Shown: piece by piece, positions 54,030-60,667 of the stretch
How the letters are laid out: each line of letters begins with the position of its first letter
How positions within the stretch are numbered: the first letter of the stretch is position 1
Assembly: GCA_001938485.1 (NCBI GenBank)
Contig: MQRK01233013.1
Location: 12,265-72,931 of the forward strand
Length of the DNA stretch: 60,667 bases
Source: Girardia tigrina
Taxonomy: Eukaryota
Reading direction: 5' to 3'
Program-made: the position numbers and the translations under genes
The notes under the pieces: model-generated
Told to the model about the DNA's origin: nothing
What the model saw: only the letters and a program-made list of their open reading frames with translations
Database searches by the model: none

Positions 54030-55285
54030 AAAGAAAGTTAAATTATTAGGAGGAATGTGCGGTTTGAATAAAGAAAAGTTAATTTGGACGGACACATGCG
54101 AATTAGCGTTTATTGACATGAAGGAAGCATTGATAACAGCACGAATACTAAACTTTCCAGATTTCAAAAAAACAATTTATTTTGGACACAAATGCCAGCT
54201 TTGACAGCATAGGGGCGCTACAGTTACAGATAAGTGAGTCGGCCAAAGAACAAGTAATAGCATATTGATCACATTCAATGTCAGCATACGAAAAAGGGTA
54301 TTGTATAGCCAAGTATCATCTAGTCAAGTTTCAAAGAGAGTGTAAGTAACGTTTATGCCACTTTCATTATTATCACATTCTGAAGTCATAATTTAACACC
54401 ACAAAAATTTATTAATATCAACAATTCACATACTTAAACAAATTAATTCAATTATTTCGCCCAAAATTAATTTACAATTCTTTTCGATTAAATTTTGAAA
54501 ATTCACGAAAATTAAACCTTAAAAATAATTTTACATTTTTTGCAAAAAATTTTACAAAATTTAAAATGTTAAATACTTTTACATTCTTACGAAACTTTAT
54601 TATAAAAACTAATTAATTTTAAATTTACAATAAGCCCTTTTATTAAAAAAATTATTTCTAAAATTATTAATCCGTTAATTATTTATTTTAAACTTTATTT
54701 AAACTTATTCTACTTATGAAATATATTAATTGTTATTAGTTTAAACATATTTTAAATACGTATTTATTTTATCATATTTTTTACTCTGTATTTTAATTTT
54801 CTAATTTATTTCCTTTAAATTCTCAAAACTAAAAAAAATAATAAACTATTTTGGCGAACCTTAAAACTAACCCATCATAGAGAGAAATGTCACAAGTTTG
54901 GGCAGACATATCACAGGAAGTGGAATTTGCAATAAATGTAACAAAACAAAAGACTATAGGGTACAGCCCAGCAGAAGTCATATTTGGGAAGAAAATAGAT
55001 AGATAAAGTGGTATGAAGGTAGTTAAATAAACCGAAGGGATTCTAGAATAAGATTAAAAGAAAAAGACACACCAGAGGAAAACGTGGCGCAAAGAAGATA
55101 TAAAGTTGGCGATAGGGTCTGAATACGAAATGAGAATAAAATGAAAATGGGAAGACAGTTTTAAGGGCCCATATGAAATTATAGAAAAGATTCACAATAA
55201 AAGTTAAAGGTTGGAAGACAAAAATGTTTGACAAATTATTCGAAATGTTGAAAAATTCAAAAGTTTTTAAAAAGAGTGGGGATGT
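54030..55285 (+). mobile_element. Gypsy RNase H / integrase remnant with PPT
   Basis: LNFPDFKK..ILDTNASFDSIGA, then EVEFAIN..GYSPAEVIFG, FKGPYEI, AAAGAGTGGGGA. Confidence 0.75.
54341..54879. mobile_element. Solo LTR-like element, same family as 35051-35494
   Basis: TGTAAGTAAC..CCCATCATA with a 5-bp TSD (GAGAG). Confidence 0.85.
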
Positions 55286-55342
55286 TTGAAACTTTTGGTG
55301 AACTTAAAATTTTTGAATATTTAAAATGTAAAATCATATTTA

Positions 55343-56787
55343 CAGGGTATGTCATAAGTCCATATGAGTAGAACAACTTGAGGCAATAAGTGAAAAACTT
55401 TTATTGAACACCACATGATCGCAGGAATCAAATGTCATATGGCTCTACCTGTAAACCGTCATGTGCACCACAGAGGTGGAGACGCTGGAAGGTACGCGCA
55501 TTGATTCATTTCGGTAGATTTCGAGAGAATTCAAGAAATGCAGCTGTAATAGCCGCTTTCAGCTGGTCGACATTGGCAGCTTTGTGAGCCAATATTTTTG
55601 GTTTGAGAATGTCCCACAGGGCATTATCGCAGGAGGTCAAATCAGGACACCGTGGAGGCCAAGGTTTTGGTCCGTATTTGCCAACCCATCTGTCCTGAAA
55701 AGTCTGCTGGAGAAAGTCTTTTGTTGCGTGAGCCGTGTGAGCAGACGATCCATCCTGCTGGAAGTGAGAGGAGAGGAGAATGCCTTTACGTTGTAAAGTA
55801 GGAACGAATTTTGACTTTAGCATGTCGATGTAAGACGCAGATGTAACAGATTCATGTATGAAGAACGGTCAAATCAAATGTGAAGCTGAAATGGCAGCCA
55901 AAACCATTACAGATGGTGGGTGCTGCTGCACTTGTTCCCAAAAATAAGGGTTTTTCTTGGACCAAAACGACATAATAATTTGACCTCGACCTTCAGCGTA
56001 CACGGCACATTCATCTGTGAAGAAAAGCTTGCTGCGTCTTCTGTTGTTGTCATATTTCGCCAAAATCTGCTGGCAACACTGCACACGAGTGAAATTGTCT
56101 TCCTCACTGAGGTACTGCACCTTTTTGGTCTCCAGCACTTGTAACCCAGATCTTCTTTTATTATGCGGTGAAGTGTCTTTGTATGGATATCCAGTTCTTC
56201 AGCTCACTGCCGTATAGACAAACATGATTTCGTTTGTAGTGACTGTTCCACATTGTCTTGTTCATCACCTCGTTCCCTGGGACGCCCACCTCGAGGTAAA
56301 TCCAGAATGGCACCTGTCTGAAATAACTTTTCTACCCATGTCTGAATAACTCTGGTGTCTGGAGGCTCGCCTTCAAATTTTTTCCTTAATTTTCTCTTCA
56401 TATTCTTCACTCCAGTCACAGTACTGCCATATTTTTGGTACCAGAATGCAGCCATTAAACGATATTCCAAAGAGTAAGGACTGGTATTAGTCATTTTGCA
56501 AAAGAAAATTTGAATTAATGATATAATGAAATCATGACGAAATAATGCATATAAACAAAGGTTTAAGGTTTACACTAAATTACTAAATTACAATTAATTA
56601 TTACCCTGAAATCTCGTTATAAGCCTTAGGCTTAGTAGAGAAAAAAGTTTTTTTTCAGCTTGGTAGAGGCTTAATAAAAAATAATCTATTAATTTACAAG
56701 TTCATAATTAATTATTTAAATTATCTAATAACATGGATTCCCATATTTTAGTCACATTGAACTCGTAGGAACTTATGATACACCCTG
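55343..56787 (-). mobile_element. DD41D (rosa/Visitor-type) mariner-like transposon
   Basis: TIRs CAGGGT(A/G)T(G/A)TCATAAGT with TA flanks; FTDE, FQQDG..WPPRCPDLTSCD with 41 residues between the last two Asp. Confidence 0.92.
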
Positions 56788-58539
56788 TATAATAAAAATA
56801 AGTTCAAATAATTTATTTACATAAGTTTTTTGAAAAGTAATTTAAAAATGGAAATTTTAATATAAAAAGATTTTTACAGTTAATGTTAAAATCAACAATG
56901 AAATTAAATTCAGGTTTATATAGACTAACAGTATTCTTTACAAAAGCAGAGAGATAAGTATGTTGACCATAATCACATATCACTGTAAGATTGGTGATGT
57001 TGTAAGGCAAACTGGATAAATCAATAGGTTTTTTGCAGCCATTATTCGATATTTTCCGCTGCAAAAGAATACAATAATGTACTCTGGAAAGTGCATGGTT
57101 TTGTGCAAAATACGAGTTTATTTATAGAATCTGCAGAGAAGCCTTTCTAATTGATATTGATCAACATTTTTCTTAAAAATGAATGGCAACGTATTGGTTA
57201 CAATTGAAAATATAAATTCCAGCCTTTTGTTTATTTATTACAAGTGATACGTTAAAACAAATTAATAATAGACTTTCAGCATTGACGAAGATTATTTTTT
57301 GATGTTTTCTCGATTTTTAAACCATCCGTGAAACATGGATTGGCTATAAAAAAGAATCTCTTTCACAAAAGGATTGTTGAGTGCCTTATAACAAGATCTT
57401 TCGTTTTCCAAAATATATATTATTTCTTCTTTTGAAGATAGTGCGAAAACATTTACTTATTTTATTTGGATTAAGTTAAAAATAATAAATAGTAACATTA
57501 TTTGATTAGTTACACTATTAAATAATAAATCTGTTAATAATAATATTTGATTAGTCATACTATTTTATTAAGTCACACTATTTGATATTATCTATCAGTA
57601 CTGTAAATGTACAAAACATTTCACACAAAAGATGTACAGATACTTTGAATCCGATGGTAAATATTGATGTGCAAGTACCTGTCAGTACTTCTGACAACAG
57701 TAATACAGAGTGATCCATAACTTACTTTTGGTTTTTCTGCTTGATAATATAATGGATACAGAAATATTCGGATTTCAATTTACCCGCCGCACTAAATACG
57801 CTTTTACAGCCAAGGCCTTACAAAATCATGGTACATGGGATCATAATTAATTATTATTTAGAAGAAATAAGAAATATGCCTGTAAACTGAAAGTTTTTAC
57901 TTTTGCATCCAAAGCCATGGTAGTGGAAAAGAAGCTCTTATAAAATTTTGAGGTTTCCAACTGATACATAGTCAACATATTCACTACCCTATGCGCAAAT
58001 GCTGAGTATTGTAGTTTACTATGTATGCATTGTTATCCATCACATTCGTGATACTTGTTTTCATGTAGGAAAAATTAAAAAGTTTTAACATACTTAAATA
58101 AACTTTATTTGAAGGTTACATTAATATTCTCGTAAAAGATTAATTAACAATACCCATGAATTTCAAGAATCCAATGAATTATAACCCATTTAATCATGTT
58201 GAGAAGTTATTAATTCAAATTTAGGAGAACTGAAGTTTCATTTTTTAAACTATTCCGTCACAAAATCGAGCAAATACAATTACTTTCAAACCTAGTTTTC
58301 CCACCACCTTCCTTTTACGCCAGTAAATCACGCTGTACATTTGGCTTGTAACGGTAAAAGTGAATGAATTTCTGCTATCTGCCACCGTTCACACAAAATA
58401 ATGAGTCACCCAGACCTCACTTTCCCGCCAATTAATAGTACAGTACAGTCAAACCTCTAGAATCGTCAATGAACATAAAGCTAATTTGTCAAAAATTCCT
58501 GTTTGTAATGAGAATGACACTTTGTATATTTTTTATCAT

Positions 58540-59036
58540 TTCAAAAATATAATTTGATTAAAGCTTTTTTTATATAATTATTGGACATGTTTCGATGTTT
58601 ACATACATAATCATCAGCAATTTTCGGATGTTTAGTAAATGAATATTGAATTGTTTGAATAATACAATTTTTACAATTTTAATAAATATAATTTACTTTA
58701 AAAGGTGACAAATAAAATAAAGATTGTTATTTATGAAAATATTATTGGGTAATAATGGCAGAAAATATTTTAATTAAAAATTTTAAGTATTGAAATAACC
58801 TTACTTTGCCCATTCTGTATGTTAATTGATGAGTTGTAGTGTCTTATTAGTAGAGATTCACAAAACAGTCGTTGGTAATATGAATCAAAACCCTTTTGTA
58901 AAACAGAAAACTCATCTTTTGAAATGGATGAGATTCTATCCTTACAACATAACCAATGATCAAGAACCTTACTCGATCGACTCATTTGCGAGTGCTCGCT
59001 AATCCGGATTTTGAAATGACGATTTGTCTCTCCGAT
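58540..59036 (-). mobile_element. Penelope-like 3' end
   Basis: IGETNRHFKIRISEH..ESLLIRHYNSSINIQ. Confidence 0.85.
58580..58621 (-). ncRNA. Minimal hammerhead ribozyme (Penelope-associated)
   Basis: ATTG CTGATGA T TATG-tatgtaaa-CATC GAAA CATGTC CAAT; the first pair of stem II is mismatched. Confidence 0.75.
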
Positions 59037-59650
59037 GTGGGCCTCCCATCTCTGTAATGGTATTGAGCCTAAGGCTCGTTAGAGGGTCCACCCAAACTAA
59101 AGTCCTTAAGGGCCCCCCGATAGGCCTCCTACGGGGTCAGTGGCCTTCCGCCTCTGAGCAATCGGCTTGCCAGTAACGAACGACCAACCATGGAACTTAG
59201 TACCATTGCCGTACATGCTGTTGGCTGTTACGGTGGACGCGTAACAACCGCGAAATGGGCACTTGAATTGTCCTCTTGCAGTCTTGTAATAGACTGGCAG
59301 TCGGTATTATAGGTGCGTCTCTTCGGCATCGTCATTCGGCTGTATCCTCGGCATACTGACATTTACGTTCGGCAACTGAGGATTGGATTGGTTTTATGTC
59401 GGCTCTTCCTCGTTCTCTTCTTCCAAGTTTTCTTCTCTCTGGGTGTTGGATGTTGGCACTTCTTGATGATTCTTCTGAATATGAATCCTTAGGAAACCAG
59501 CGGCCTTGTATTCCCTCAGACAGTATTGACATTGATATTTTCCTTTCTTCTAACGTGGCTGGGCTTTTTTCTCTCTCTTCTTCCGTGGGATTGGCTCTGC
59601 TCCTTTGTGATCTCTTCTGAGATGCCTGTTCTACTGGATCCTTTATCATT
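59037..59650 (-). mobile_element. 3' part of a probable non-LTR element: zinc-finger-like tail + structured end (copy 3 of 3)
   Basis: FKCPFRGCYASTVTANSMYGNGTKFHGWSFVTGKP followed by two hairpin domains; abuts the PLE exactly at its YIG motif. Confidence 0.5.
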
Positions 59651-60560
59651 ACTTTTATTTAATCTTTCCGATGGTATTCTACGTTCCGTTCTTAATATTG
59701 GTTGTCTATCGTTTGATTCATTCAATCGAGCTGTATTTCTTTTATGTTCTTTGTCCTTCTTTGCCATTTCTACATACGATGTTTTGACGGCTAAAAAATC
59801 ATTTCTTTCTTCTTTTGATATGTTTTCCTCATAAATCTTAGCTTCTGTTCTCATTTCGTCCACCGATATGTTAGGTTTGAACACAAATCGATCCTTCAGA
59901 ACTTGAGATTTTATCCGCTTTTTTAAAAGTTCATTCAAAATTTCTTCATCACTGTGTTTCCTAAAATTTTCAATTGTTTTCCGAACCCTTAATTCGAATG
60001 TTAAGAATCTTTCATTCTCACCTTGACAAATTTGGCTTAGTTTGTCAAATTCTTTTAACAGCAGTACTTTCTTTTTAAATGTTTTCTGGAACCAATTTTT
60101 GGATTTCACATCTGACATTGGTTTCTTACCCTCTTCTGTTGCATTCCCCCAAAAAATTTTTGCTTCGTCTATCAACAAATAATTACACATTACCGAGAAT
60201 GTTAACCCAAAAAATTCTGAGCATTGGACTATGTCTCTATACCATATTTGACCTTCTTCAGAATCCACTCCATTGTACTCCTTCATTTCCTTCTTGAGGG
60301 TTTCCTTAAAGATTGATGGAAGTTCTAGTTTAGGAAGCCTCAAAACTTTTATTGGAATACCAGCGTGGTCGCCAGTTAAATCTCCAGGTTTTACTTCAGG
60401 ATTCATAATATCAACCAGTACAATTTATTTAATATTTACAATCTTTTAAAATTTTTCTTTTTTTACAATACTTAAACAAATTAATAATCACAATTAATTC
60501 AAACGGAAATTCAAACAAAGTTGCGTATAAATATATAATTTAAATTAGATTTTAGTAGTA
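59650..60560 (-). mobile_element. Gypsy gag with upstream PBS/LTR
   Basis: ORF 60406-59516 (YNG..W..LLIDEAKIFW..QGENERFLTFELRV) is Ty3-gag-like; TGG at 60417-60415 follows an AT-rich LTR-like tract. Confidence 0.7.
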
Positions 60561-60600
60561 TGAAAATGGGCATTCGGCATACATACCCCCCCCCCTGGCC

Positions 60601-60665
60601 GTAACCATGGCAACGGCATGGGTTACCGTGGTTACCATGGCAACGGTCGCGATCACCCTAGCAAC
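60601..60665. promoter_or_regulatory. Cluster of RFX X-box-like palindromes
   Basis: GTAACCATGGCAAC, GTTACCGTGGTTAC, GTTACCATGGCAAC and ATCACCCTAGCAAC within 65 bp. Confidence 0.45.
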
Positions 60666-60667
60666 GG

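Noticed and set aside
1-60667. Stop-codon reassignment to explain broken ORFs
   Set aside because: TAA, TAG and TGA all interrupt ORFs, together with frameshifts, which fits decay rather than a variant code.

Overview
AT-rich, gap-containing eukaryotic (metazoan-like; a flatworm is only my guess) scaffold dominated by decayed transposons. These include several Tc1/mariner lineages (DD34E, DD34D, DD41D), Ty3/Gypsy and BEL/Pao LTR remnants, solo LTRs with target-site duplications, and at least seven Penelope-like (RT/GIY-YIG) pieces, several with minimal hammerhead ribozymes. Hidden among them, and mostly missed by the ORF track, is a chain of plus-strand GT-AG exons from about 15.2 to 53.2 kb. 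Four phase-0 exons each encode the same motif, C-x-C-x(38-44)-H-F-x-x-C, which I cannot assign to a family, interleaved with partly decayed DH(RhoGEF)-like and PH-like exons. Also present are three diverged copies of a conserved ~110-nt two-domain RNA-like structure at element ends, very divergent LSU rRNA-like fragments, an eEF2 fragment and a terminal cluster of RFX X-box-like motifs. No CRISPR array or prokaryotic operon is present. All homology calls are by eye.
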